Shown here: one piece after another, positions 24,211 to 37,129 of the stretch
Position numbering within the stretch: the stretch's first letter is position 1
Layout: each line of letters begins with the position of its first letter
Assembly (NCBI GenBank): GCA_951406725.2
Contig: OX597818.1
Span: 49,352,001 to 49,416,000, forward strand
Length of the DNA: 64,000 bases
Direction of reading: 5' to 3'
DNA from: Octopus vulgaris
Lineage: Eukaryota
Program-made: the position numbers and the translations under genes
Notes under the pieces: model-generated
What the model was told of the DNA's origin: nothing
Seen by the model: only the letters and a program-made list of their open reading frames with translations
The model's database searches: none

Positions 24211-24589
24211 TGATCTATTTGAAGAGGTGCATGGCTTAGTGTTGGGCTCTTGATCATAAGATTGTGGTTTCAATTCCTGCACTGAGCAATAGGTTATGTT
24301 TTTGAGCAAAACACATCATATCACGTTGCTCCAGTCCACTCAGCTAGCAAAAGTGAGTATTCCTGCAAAAGACTGGTGTCCCATCCAGGGGGAAATATAT
24401 ATGCCACAAAAACCTAGGAGTTTATATGACTCAGGAAGAAGTATTATCTTTATTTGTCCTGCTCCATCTGAGAGCTGAGCTGTGACCAAACAACAGCAAT
24501 GACACCAACCCAACAAAACTAACCAAAATGTGTTCTAAACATTAGATATCTGATGGGTTAAAAATATTTTCTTGTATATTCTTACTAAT

Positions 24590-25152
24590 CATCATCATCA
24601 TTTAACGTCTGTTTTCCACGCTAGCATGGGTTGTACGGTTCGACTGGGGTCTGGAAGCCATGGAGGCTCTACCAGGCTCTAGTCTGATTTGGCTGTGTTT
24701 CTACAGCTGGATGCTCTTCCTAACGCCAACCACTCCATGAGTGTAGTGGGTGATTTTACGTGCCACTGGCACAGGGGCCAGAGCAGGCTGGCAAACGGCC
24801 ACAATTGGTTGGTGCTTTTACGTGTCACCGACATGGACGTCAGTCAGGAGGCGCTGGCATCTGCCACATTCAGACGGTGCTTTTTATGTGTCACCGGAGC
24901 GGGTGTCTTAACAGCAATTTCCATTTGAATTTTTATTTTGATGTTGATGTACTTGACTCAATAGGTCTCCTCAAGAACAGCGGGTCACTCTACGATCCAA
25001 GGGTAGCACAGCAGGCCGTCCTGTGAGCCATGAACTCACTTCATTTGTCGGGTCTTTGAAGTCACAGCATATCTCCAGAGGTCTTGGTCTTTCGTCATAG
25101 CCTCTGTGAGACTCAGAGTACGAAGGTCATGCTTGACCACCTCGTCCCATGT
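24590..25152 (-). mobile_element. RTE LINE 3' end (ORF C-terminus plus full 3' UTR)
   Basis: Minus strand reads TWDEVVKHDLR...AMTKDQDLWRYAV then a UTR with repeated gtggcacgtaaaagcacc motifs and a (GAT)n tail. This ties the abundant (GAT)n-tailed repeat to an RTE element. Confidence 0.85.
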
Positions 25153-25687
25153 TAAGATAATTATTAGATCCCTGAAGGACACAAACTAATGTAGTCCTTT
25201 GATTAAAAGACCAGGTGATTATGACAAGAACACTTTTGTATATAGGTATATGGATCAAAGTTGGGATCTGGGTGCAGGCATGGCAGTATGATTAAGAAGT
25301 TCGCTTCTCAACAACATCGTTCTGGTTTCAGCCCCACTGCATGGCACCTTGGGCCGACCAAAACCTTCTGGTAGACAGAAACTGAAAGATTCCTATTGTA
25401 TATCTATGTATCTATTTATGTGTGCGTGTTATTGTCCTCCACCGCCCCTTGACAACCAGTGATGGTTAGTTACATTCCTGTAACATAGCGGTTTGGCAAA
25501 ACAGAACGATAAAATAAGTACCAGGCTAAAAAAAAATTTTGGGGTCAATTTCTTTGACTAAACCCTTCAAGGCATTGCTCCAGTATGGCTGCTGTCCAAT
25601 GACTGAAACAATTAAATGATACCTACATAAGTGAGCTCCCGCTCCAACTTTGTTTCCCCATAATTTCAAGAAAAAAATGGCAAATCT

Positions 25688-26065
25688 AGGAGTGGCTGTG
25701 TGGTAAGTAGCTTGCTTACCAACCACATGGTTCTGGGTTCAGTCCCACTGCGTGGCACCTTGGGCAAGTGTCTTCTACTATAGCTTCGGGCCGACCAAAG
25801 CCTTGTGAGTGGATCTGGTAGACGGAAACTGAAAGAAGCCCGTCGTATATATGTATGTGTGTGTATGTGTCTGTGTTTGTCCCCCAACATCGTTTGACAA
25901 CCGATGCTGGTGTGTTTACGTCCCCGTCAGCCAGCGATTCGGCAAAAGAGACCGATAGAATAAGTACTAGGCTTACAAAGAATAAGTCCTGGGGTCGATT
26001 TGCTCGACTAAAGGCGGTGCTCCAGCATGGCCGCAGTCAAATGACTGAAACAAGTAAAAGAGTAA
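25688..26065 (+). mobile_element. SINE family B, CpG-intact
   Basis: Close to consensus; an older diverged copy lies at 25270-25615. Confidence 0.9.
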
Positions 26066-26727
26066 AATACCTTTCTGGTGGAATGATTCGAAAACAAAAC
26101 AAAAAAAAGTGGAGAGCGCGCACACATACACACAGTTTCAAGTTTCGTTTTGTAGGTATATATGTGATGCTAGTCGGAATGTATGTATACGCGACCACCA
26201 ATTTGTCCCCCGCATTAAATTCCAATATATTTGTAATCTTTCTAGAAATTTTTATTAAAATAAAATATCCATTTTTCTGAAAGTTATGAAGAAACAATGT
26301 TGTGGGGGCGGACACTAATGTAAGCTTGCCAATTTTTCCAACTACTTAAAATATTTCAAATTTCCATCAGAATTTTTTCTTAGATTCTACACTGGCGTGG
26401 ATTTTGCCTGCTGATGGCAAAAAGAAAAAACACATTCATTTTTGTTTTGATTTATCTGAATAAATAATAAAAAGAAATTATAAGTTTTGACTTTTGTCAT
26501 CAGCATGCAAAACTATATCAATGTAGAAATTTTGACAAATATCTGGTGAAAATTTTAAATATTTCAAAGAATTCGAAGAATTTTTAAAGGCTCCAAGAGT
26601 TGATCTGGTGTTGAACAATAATAGCAACGAACAGTGAAAACAAAAGTGGAAACAAACGAATCTGTGGATCGCAAACTGTATCAATGGTCTGCTCACTTAG
26701 AACTGACCCGGGGCTGCACAAGAACAT

Positions 26728-27148
26728 ATTTCTTTACTACCCCACAAGGGGCTAAACACAGAGTTGGACAAACAAGGACAGACAAACGGATTAAGTTGAT
26801 TACATCGACCCCCGTGTTCTCAGTTAGTACTTATTTAATCGACCCCGAAAGGATGAAAGGCAAAGTTGACCTCGGCGGAATTTGAGCTCAGAACGTAGCG
26901 ACAGACGAAATACCTATTTCTTTATTATCCACAAGGAGCTAAACACAGAGGGGACAAACAAGGACAGACATAGGTATTAAGTCGATTATATCGACCCCAG
27001 TGCGTAACTGGTACTTATTTAATCGACCCCGAAAAGATGAAAGGCAAAGTCGACATCGGCGGAATTTGAACTCAGATCGGAGCGACAGACGAAATACCGC
27101 AAAGCATTTCGCTCGGCGTGCTAACGTTTCTGCCAGCTCGCCGCCCTA
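26728..27148 (-). mobile_element. SINE A dimer with a single TSD
   Basis: Flanked by gggctgcacaagaaca on both sides (~26711-26726 and ~27150-27165); internal unit 184 nt. Confidence 0.9.
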
Positions 27149-27453
27149 AGGGCTGCACAAGAACAACACCCGTATAAATGGTATCAAAAAAATAAAATAA
27201 GCTCACAACTAGGCTTTTGTTTAAATTACACAACACGGAGTCCACACACAATAGACCCGTTGTGTACACAACACCCATACTATAGTACATGAATCCTTTC
27301 AGTTGCTCACACAAACACAAACACATACCAGCACCCTATTAACCAGTCCCCACAGGAACCTGGTAGAACCTCGAAGACAAGAGAAAGAGAGATGGTCTTA
27401 GGAGGTTGTGATTACCACAGAGACTGTCGAACAAACGATTGAGTTTCTTTTAC

Positions 27454-28113
27454 GTGATAGCTCGACCTGCTAGAAATAGCAGTCGAATCCCATCAATTTC
27501 ATGCTCCCTTTAAAAAAGGGGGCGACATATTGGATAACTTGGTCCTATGTGCATTGTGTCTGAATATAAATGGGATAGCCATGGCTGGAAAGCTCCTGAC
27601 TTTAAAATCTGCTTCTGTCAGAACTGACTCTTGGGTCTAGCTAACAACAACGTTGTAGGAATGACGGAATGAATCAGTGATAGCTCGACCTGCTAGAAAT
27701 AGCAGTCGAATCCCATCAATTTCATGCTCCCTTTAAAAAAGGGGGCGACATATTGGATAACTTGGTCCTATGTGCATTGTGTCTGAATATAAATGGGATA
27801 GCCATGGCTGGAAAGCTCCTGACTTTAAAATCTGCTTCTGTCAGAACTGACTCTTGGGTCTAGCTAACAACAACGTTGTAGGAATGACGGAATGAATCAG
27901 TGATAGCTCGACCTGCTAGAAATAGCAGTCGAATCCCATCAATTTCATGCTCCTTATAAAAAAAGGGGGCGACATATTGGATATGTCCTATATGCAAGGT
28001 CCTATATGCATTGTGTCTGAATATAAATGGGATAGCCATGGCTGGAAAACCCTTGACTTTAGGTCTGCTCTCTCAGCTAACAACAACGTTGTAGGAATGA
28101 CGGAATGAATCAG
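27454..28113. repeat. Tandem repeat, 223-bp unit x3
   Basis: Units start at 27454, 27677 and 27900 (gtgatagctcgacctgctagaaatagc); units 1 and 2 appear identical, unit 3 has indels. Confidence 0.95.
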
Positions 28114-28834
28114 CGATGGCAGAAGTGGCGAGGTTTCGGGAACGAGGTGGGGGTGGAATAATAAATAAAAATAAACAAATGTTTTGTTTGTTTATTTTTC
28201 TCCAACTAAATATGGTGTTTGGCGAATTAATTTGAAAACTATTAATTATGACTTAATTACGAATCTGGTTGCAGTACTCTTAATTTTGTATCTTAAAAAT
28301 AAAAATATTACAATTTATCATAGTATAATAATAGCTTTGTGATGAATTATAGGGTTGACCCGGTTCCGTACCCCGGTTATATTACCCCGTTCACTTAATT
28401 TAATAATCTCATTGGATTGTTTGTTATTGCTATCCCTGATCGAGTAGCTTCATGCTAAAAGCATCCCAGCCGTGACCACCGCGTATTTTTTTGCATATCT
28501 ATTATTAGGTTTTTGTGTCAATGTGTCCGTTAAGTAGTGCGATCTAACTGCCATTTCTAGCAGGCCGACCGACCACGTAGGGTCGCCTATTTGGGATAAA
28601 GCTTAAATGTTAAAACTTAACATTTCTCCTATTAATTTTTCTGTGTGATTTATTAAATATTTATTTTTTTTCGATTATTTCGTTTAAAAAATTACGAATA
28701 AATTATTTTTGACATTTTTGGATTTTATTACAGTCCTTAATGTTAAATAACTGTGTCAACAAAAAAAAGACAATATATATATATATTGTATAATAGAAGA
28801 ATCGCCTTTGTTAGAATTCATTTCTCCATAGCTT

Positions 28835-28960
28835 ATCCACGTACACTTCCGGTTGGTGAAACGGAAGTAGCTTTATTTGTCCTGACGCCCACCAGCATTG
28901 CATTATGGGGCCTTGCCTTAAACCGGGGGGCAGCAACGATGAATACTTTAGTAGTTCGGA
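28835..28960. promoter_or_regulatory. CpG-rich core promoter, possibly bidirectional
   Basis: Opposed ETS/GABP-type motifs CACTTCCGGT (28844-28853) and ACGGAAGT (28861-28868), TGACG, and a partial ZNF143-like GCATTATGGG (28900-28909), in a CpG-retaining region poor in recognisable transposons. Confidence 0.6.
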
Positions 28961-29113
28961 TTGTTTAACTCGGACATTTCAGGAGAAAACCTTTTTGAAA
29001 ACACTCAACTGGGATCGGTTGCTTTGATTTCCTGCTTGCACGAAGCCGAAAATTGGATCCACATACGGTACAAGTACACTGCAATACTGTCGTCGAACGG
29101 AGAACAGATGTAG
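28960..29113 (+). other. Candidate first (5' UTR) exon of the polyQ/zinc-ribbon gene
   Basis: CpG-rich stretch just downstream of the promoter motifs, ending in overlapping donors gat|gtaggt (after 29109) and tag|gtaaag (after 29113). Link to the 53572 exon and the start position are inferred. Confidence 0.4.
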
Positions 29114-29524
29114 GTAAAGAATATCTCGGCATAAATTCTTCACAACAACACTTTCTCATTCCACTGATAAAAAAAACCATATCAAATTATTTTACTCGAT
29201 TTTTTTTTGACAATTTGATACATAAGACCTCTTCACAGTTCCTCCATTCGTTTAACTTACTTCCTTGGCTGTTTATATTCTTCTCTATGATTCTTATTAT
29301 TACTATTTCTACTACTAGGTTTTGGTCCATTTGCTTGACAGACTGGTGACAAGAGAAGACAGTTGACACTATTGTTGGGTAGCAACAACTTGTTTAGGGG
29401 TGCCTAGGAATCGTTCAAGTTGTTAGTATTTAGGAAAAAAACTTCTGAATTAATGGTAGGAGATTATAAATTTCAATAGAACAATGTCCTTCTAGTTACA
29501 TCTCTCTTATATTTATCAACTCTC

Positions 29525-29582
<58 letters not shown>

Positions 29583-29651
29583 TACATATATATATCATAT
29601 ACCAATGGTCGCTCTCTGACCGGTCATAACAAAACAACCTTATCTCTAACC

Positions 29652-29714
<63 letters not shown>

Positions 29715-30205
29715 CGCACACACACATAAACAGAGGCCAATTGAAACCTACAGAACAAATGAGTGGTATGTATCTAAATATTGTTATTATATATCAAAAT
29801 TCTAATCATAACTTTTGTACCATTTTAATGTTAGATTTTAGACATTCTTTACTTTTAAAATGTTTATTGAACGCAAAAGTAAATTTTTTGTGTGCTTCGG
29901 TTTTTGCAAAAAAATATTGTTTTTCGAACACAATTTGGTTTTTGTTTCCGTTATAGCATTTACCAAATTATGTTTTATATATTGCCAATTAGAGGAATCG
30001 ATTTTTTTCTCCCCCCCCTCTCGCTCTGTTTGTCTCTTTCTTTCTTTCTTTCTGCTTTGCTGTGCAACGTCATTTACCAACTATTTTGGACATTTTTCTC
30101 TTGAAATGGGTTCAGTTCACATTGATAAGAAACCGTTTTCGAGAAAAATATCTTGATAATATATAAGTTCAAATAATATTCTCAACTATTAACGGCATAG
30201 CTGGG

Positions 30206-30238
<33 letters not shown>

Positions 30239-32099
30239 GTTTTTTGTTTTCTATTGTAAGTTCAACTTGTTTCACTCTTAAAATTCTGTATCGTTTACTC
30301 AATATACAGGACACGCAGATAATGCGTTTGTTGTGTTGGTTTTCAACAAACTACTGCTCACTCTAAATGTGTCGGGGGATTCTCTTTCAATCATTAAAAT
30401 CAACGTTAATCCCTACATATTCCTTTCAAGATAGCACAACTTTATTCTTTAAGTGTAAAACCGAATTAAACGTTCAGTTTTCAAGAATATTCCGATGTTC
30501 TCCCCGCATCAGAAGGAAGTTTCACTTTGCTCCAATCTTTCTTGTTGTAGTCAACTCGATTTATACGTCTAAAACCATCAAAGTATTTGCTTTATTGACA
30601 TTGTGTCTGTACAAAGTTCCGTTTGACTGATAATCTCGCTTGATTTATCATTACTTCAGCAACATAAATATGTTGAACCAAGGACAACATCAATCTTTGT
30701 CAATTCTACTTGTTTTGAAGAGTTTTAACGCGCATGATGCACACACGCACACATTTTTGCCTTGCTGACCATCAATGCCTTACAATTGACTTTGTAGAGA
30801 ACTGACCCAAATATTGTGAAGCAATACTTTTTTATATATTCCGTAATTCTCTTCGTTTTATTTTCCCCCCTTTTGTGCGACTAAACTAAAACCCATTTCC
30901 ACAGCCAACTGAAAATATAACCTTTGTGTTTGAACGGAGAAGGTGATTTATCTGTTTCACCCCTCCACCTCTTAATTTGAGCTTTGTCTCACTTCATTTG
31001 TGAGTAAACTAATGAATTTAGTTTTAATTCTGTTGTTACAGAATGACCCCCCCCCCTTTTTTTCCCCCCTGCTTTTTTATGGATTATCTCTTCTTCTACA
31101 TTCTGAACTCTTTGGATTTTGGTTTGTGCTGGATCCGAAATCGTATTTAGTAAATAGATTAAAAACAATTTTTTTTTTTGGAAACTGAAACCGAAAAAAA
31201 TTAGCCAAAATATTGGTATTTGTGAAATCATTTTTACCTGTAGGTGAATTTTTTCTTTGTCTATATTATTCATCATTTAAGTAAATCGATATGTTCCAGT
31301 CTTTTTCATATTTCAAGTTGGCTGATGGAATCTAGTTCTTCCGTCTGTTTTAACCATCACAGCTGAGGCCACGTAGGGGCACCGTTTTGTGTAGCTTGAA
31401 TTTTTGCTTTTTGTTCCATTTGTTCCATTTTTTAATATTTCGAAGCTAATCTCTTATAGCTGTTTCACCTTTAAACCATCAATGTATTTTTAACACCTAT
31501 TATAATGCTAAACCATTTTACTACATTACTCACATCCGTTAGTATTAGAATCGACTTCATTTGCTTGTGTGAGTATTAAAACTAGCATTCCTTGTTTGAC
31601 ATTTTGTAGTGATTCCCATTTCCATGGATATATGAGGCCAATTCTCTTGTTTCAGACACTTAGTACCTCAAATTTACCAATATCATGTTCGTTTATTCTG
31701 AACTGTGCTAAAGTAAACAGATATTTTTTTCTGAGAATATCAGTTGCCAAGCTCGTTCCTATATAGTTCACAAATATTTTCATTATTCTGGATCTACATA
31801 GATTTCTAAAGAACTGTTTTGGCCTTCTAGTATAAATCGATCTGGAACTATGCTCATAAAAGAAAATAGAGGCCTGCTAGAAATAGCAGCCAAATCTCCC
31901 TTAAATTACACCTTACCATAAGCGACAATTTTGGTGTTTGTGTATGAAAATTATTTTGAGCCCACTTTAAAAATTAGGTATTTGATGACTTCTAATGTTA
32001 GTACACAGCTGTATTTGTCCACATAAGACAGTACTGACTTCTTGAGAATGCTTAGTATATCCATATGTGAAAGCAACTATTGAGGCCATATACAAGTAT

Positions 32100-34400
32100 G
32101 GATCAAGTGGGATCAAGATTAGAAGTCATTTAAATTATATGTGTGGAGGTTACATCATGGAAACTAGGATAAAACTACATCTGAGAGCATTAGGCCTTTC
32201 AAATGTTCAATACCTGCTGGCAATTTCTGTTTTCATTAGTTGAGCACTACTGCATTTTTGCTGACTGATGAACTGATTATAGCTGGTATTCAGTTTAAAC
32301 CTATGTAGGTAAGAAAGTAGTTTAAAGAAGCTGTGATTTTGGAGGGGAAATGTAGTTTGATAGTTCAGAAAAGCACGGGCTATTGTAGAAGAGATAGTGA
32401 TATGTAATCTGTATTCCAACATTAATTTTACTTGAGCTTTACAGAGAGTTGGCAACTAATCAGAGTTATAGTATTTAAAGCCTGGTCTTTCGGATGTTAC
32501 TCTGGCAACCTAAGATTACTGTGAGATATAATCAGAGATTGTGGAGTCTAGCATGTGTGGTGACTTTGAGGGTTTTCAATTGCGTGTTGTTCATAACTAG
32601 AGGGGCTGTGATACAAGACCATTTCTTGATGTGTGTAACCTGTTTCCTTTCGCTGTTGAATCAGATTAGGGTTCCATGTCCCAGCTGAAAGATATTTTGG
32701 GAAAGAAGGTAGAAAGAGAAAACGGACGTAGATCCATTTATGTTTGTAAGTAATCTCGCTTTGAATATGGCCTAGGATGTCAGTATGTGTAGTAATTGCA
32801 GCGCCATCTCAGATGTGGAAGCAGTTCTCTATTGTGGGTCTCACCTGAGTTTTGTGGAGAATAGAAGAAAGAGTAGTTGTTTGGGGAGAAAATAGTTTGG
32901 GACTCTGAAAAGGAAGCACAGCCAATGCTAATTTAGCATGTGGTTTTCCACAGTATCCATAGCGTATGCTGTGAAATGACCTGATCTGAGTTGGGGTTTA
33001 GAGTTATACTGCATATGGCCGGTAGACTGCATGCTGAATAGAACTGCTTTGCTATGTTGATGAGTGGTTCACCATGAGAGGTCTAATATTTTAAGCTCTC
33101 TTTTAAGAACTTTCATGACTTAATTGAAGTCTGAATGATGATCTTGCAGGAATTACCATGTTGGGGGCAAGCCATCCAGTTAGTAAGAGTGTGCAAATTT
33201 CTCCAAGTATTGCAAGCCATGTTTTTGGCCTAAACTATTTCAGCACAATTGTGAGTTGGGGAACTTGGTCTGTGATGTTTGTTTTGCGTGGAATGTGGAG
33301 GACATGTCTAAGAAGATAATTTCAGTTACTCAGTTAGCTGTTTTAGATAGGTTATGGGTAACACACAAGTACTTTTAGGGCTAGTTAGTATAAAACTTGT
33401 TGGGGTCCAACCAATAACCTGACTTGAAGTACCATAGAGTCCAGGAAGCGAGAGGTGTATTGTGCAATCATGTATGTTTGAAGAATTACACAATAAGGTG
33501 AAGCGATTTGATGTGAAAAGTTGAGGATTGCAAAAGATTAGTTTCTACACTGATGACATCAGTATGAGAGGTTGTTGTTTGTTCCTTCTCGAGCCATGCC
33601 TGGCTCATAAGGGCCGATTTCTTGGTGTATAGGTTCCCCACCTGGACGGGATGCCGGTCCGTCGCAGGTGAGCTGCACGATGCAGGAGGAAAGAGTGAGA
33701 GAAAGTTGTGGCGAAAGAGTCAGCAGAAGTTCGCCATTACCTTCTGCCGGAGCCGCGTAGAGCTTAGATGTTTCGGTCATAAACACACACATCGCTCGGT
33801 CTGAGATTTGAACCCACGATCCTTCGACCGCAAGTCTGCTGCTCTAACCACTAGGCCATGTGCCTCCACATATGAGAGGTGAGGTAAATGGTGAATATTG
33901 AAGTCACTGAGGACAAAAATGACTTTTTGTGGAGAGGGATGAATTAGATCGATGTCCTCAGTGAAGGGATATGATGAGCTGAGAGTAGTTAATGGAGTGA
34001 GGGAGAGAAACATTGGGGAAAAAATCACTTGAAGTCTTCGTTGCTGATATCTAGGTGAGGTAAGCGAGTGGCAGAGAAAGTGGAAGCTCCATATGTGCAG
34101 ACATCTGAATGAAGTTTTGAGTGAAGGGTTTTAGCCTGGACAGCAGATGTAGATAGACTACATGGATAAGGGTGTAGGATCTAGGCTGGATTGTAGTCAA
34201 TGGCTGTTTGAAAAGACCGAGAAATGTTCAGCAAATTTAGTTAGTGTTTGGCATCTTGGGAAATGTAGAGGCTGTCGGTGTACTCTGCTTGAGAACCTGA
34301 TATGAAAGCTTATAACGGTGTGAACTGTATTAAAACCACGTATTGGCCAGGCAATGGCGTTTAAACTGAGGAGTGGGATGTCGACTTCCCTTTCACTGCT
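32100..34400 (-). mobile_element. Highly decayed APE-type LINE (CR1/L2-like) interrupted by SINE D
   Basis: Relics VLSDFNIHH (endonuclease GDFN-like) near 33900 and LCKAQVKLMLEY (RT C-terminal YKxxVRPxLEY-like) near 32430. Confidence 0.55.
33573..33870 (-). mobile_element. SINE family D
   Basis: Matches the 20896 copy; TSD tatgagaggt on both sides. Confidence 0.9.
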
Positions 34401-35507
34401 AGCTGAGAAAAATGACTAGGGCAATCCTCTACACAATGTACCGCAATAAACAATTGATGACCTAATGTCAAACACTGATGTGTATGTGTGTGTGTGTGTA
34501 TATATATATATATGTGTGTGTGTGTGTGAATATATATACACACGCACACATACATAGATAATCATCATTATCCTTATACATTTGCTTTCCATTCTGGCAT
34601 GGGTTAGGCAGATTGTTAAAGTCAGAGTCCTTGTTTAGGTTATTGCTCTCTAGGATGTGGCCAGGAAACTATGACGCTCATTTACATCAGTTGGATGCCC
34701 TCCCTAACACTAACTTCCTTGTAGTCCATACTGAGGGCATATTTTCATGACACCAGCTCTAGAAAGGTCTTCTTTCACAAGACTAAAAAGTCTTCCTGAA
34801 CCCTATGATATCTCTACATATATATGCTTTAGCCACCAATATTTCTGTGTTGCTCTACAATTATATGAAAGAGATATAATCATGCATTTATATATATACA
34901 TGTCCAGCTGTTAAGACTCATGTTGGAGGAGATGAGTCATAACATTCAGGCATGTTGAAAGAGGGCAATAAACTCCAGCATTTTACTTGTGTATATCTAT
35001 TGTTCAAGTGGCTGCAATAAAGATGTGTTTCACCACACTGTGCCAGGAATTTCTATCATTAGCTTTTGTAGGTCCTCAGTTTCATGTTTAGTGTCTCTGC
35101 CAATAACATCAATGTAGTTGTGTGGAATTCTCTTATATATTGTCTGATATGGGTTTTTTTGTTCAGTACAATAGCAGTGGTCACCAAATCCTACCCTGCA
35201 TTGATCGACAGTAGCATATATGAGTAGAATATGTCCATTAATCTCCTCTTTGATTTTGTACTTATGCCATGAGAAGTTTTAATCCTTCATGTACCATGAA
35301 GGCAGTCTTGAAGCTCCCACATAGTCCAGGTTTTGGATCCATAAAAGGAATGCTATCTACTCTTGTAGATAGGCCAGCTTTGTTAACTTTGAAATATTCA
35401 ATTGCCAGATGTTCTGTACTTGTTAGGGGCAATTCAGGCTTTTCCCTTGCATATCATGGAGTCTTTCTTACGACCAGCAATATTGGATGTCACCAACTTC
35501 CTTGGGT

Positions 35508-35866
35508 TACTCTTTTACTTGTTTGTCATTTTACTGCTGGAGCACTGCCTTTAGTTGAGCAAATCGACCCCAGGTCTTATTCATTGTAAGCCTAGTACTT
35601 ATTCTATCGAGCTCCTTTTACCAAACCGCTAAGTTATAGGGACGTAAACACATCAGCATCAGTTGTCAAGTGATGTTGGGGAGGACAAACACAGACACAC
35701 AAACATATACACACACATACATACATATATACGACAGGCTTCTTTCAGTTTCTGTCTACCAAATCCACTCACAAGGCTTTGGTCGGCCCGAGGCTATAGT
35801 AGATGGCACTTGCCCTAGGTGCCATGCAGTGGGACTGAACCCGGAACCATGTGGATCGTAAGCAAG
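35508..35866 (-). mobile_element. SINE family B, 5'-truncated, among decayed LINE fragments (~34850-36400)
   Basis: Sequence match; flanks carry RT-like relics such as MLNYGISDRMVKAI. Confidence 0.75.
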
Positions 35867-36909
35867 TAACTTTCGTTGTCATTGATGCTATTGTACTCAG
35901 TCTTTGCATTGAGAAACAAACAGCCTCTGCAAAAACAAATCAACATTATTACACATACTTGCTCTTAGAAGAATAAAAAAAAACAAATCTTAAAATCTCC
36001 AAGAAAAGGCATCATCTGTATTTGTGAATTTCTCAAAGGCATAGGGTAGTTTCAACAGAAGGACCGTGTTACATATCATGTTGAACTATGGCATCTCAGA
36101 TAGGATGGTCAAAGCTATCTCCCTTGTGGTGTTAGCTTTGTGCAAAACATTGATGGTCCAGCTAAAGAGTTTCCGACAACAGCAGGAATCCCCTGGGAGA
36201 CTTTATAGCTCCTTTACTCTTTGTGATTGTAGTGGAACCACATCTAAGGGCAAAATCATGACTCAACCCAAACAGAAGCAATCTAGACATCAGCAGAGCC
36301 TGTAGTTCTCTGACCTCAGCTATGTCGTTGATCTTGCCCTCTTTGTTGTACTAGTTTTCTTAACTCTTCATTATTCTGCAGCCAAAGTAGATCTCTTTCT
36401 TAATAGACACATTGACACAATAGATTTTAGTTTTCTGTTAGGCCTAACTGTTTCTGGTTTTAATTTTCCATGCTTTTTACTTGTAACAAATTTCAACTGA
36501 ATTGTAAAAAAACCCACAGATTTTTCAATACTTGTTATGAGTTTGCTTGTGGTTTCAAAGATTGCTGTGATCTTAGTAATAGCAGAAAAGCTGGAGGCAT
36601 CTAGATTATGTTTAGAAATAATGTTGACAGTATTTTCTGAATATCTATTTCGTCCTTATGATGGCTACTGTCACACATATCAGTGATTCTTCCTTCCCCT
36701 ACAAGTATGCCACATGAAGAACCAAAAATGATGGTGCTTGGTTTAATTGCAGAACAGTCTTCAGTTTTGTCCTGCTGTGCTCTGAGTTCAAGTATTGCTG
36801 GGGTTTATTTTTCTTAAAATAAACATCAATTATCTACTGGAGTTGATTTTTAGTTTAACTCTGCTGTCTTTCCCTGCAATTTTGGTCATGTAAGAAATTT
36901 TAATTTTAA

Positions 36910-37129
36910 CCCTTTAGCATTCAAACTGGCCATATCCGGCCAAAATATTTAACCTGTTTTATATTGAAACTGACCAGATCTCGTCTCTCACCTCAGCCCT
37001 ACCATGTCGTTCTAAAACTAAAAAATCACATCACTGAAATCTCTAAACTACAAGATAATACATGATTAATTCAAAACAATATAAACAAACAGACATCACA
37101 TTTGACAGAATAATCTGAACACTAAAGGG
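36910..37129. mobile_element. TTAA-flanked MITE (piggyBac-like)
   Basis: ttaa|ccctttagcattca ... tgaacactaaaggg|ttaa; related copy at ~41667-41873. Confidence 0.75.

Noticed and set aside
27454-28113. CRISPR-like array
   Set aside because: 223-bp units without unique spacers, no cas genes, eukaryotic context.
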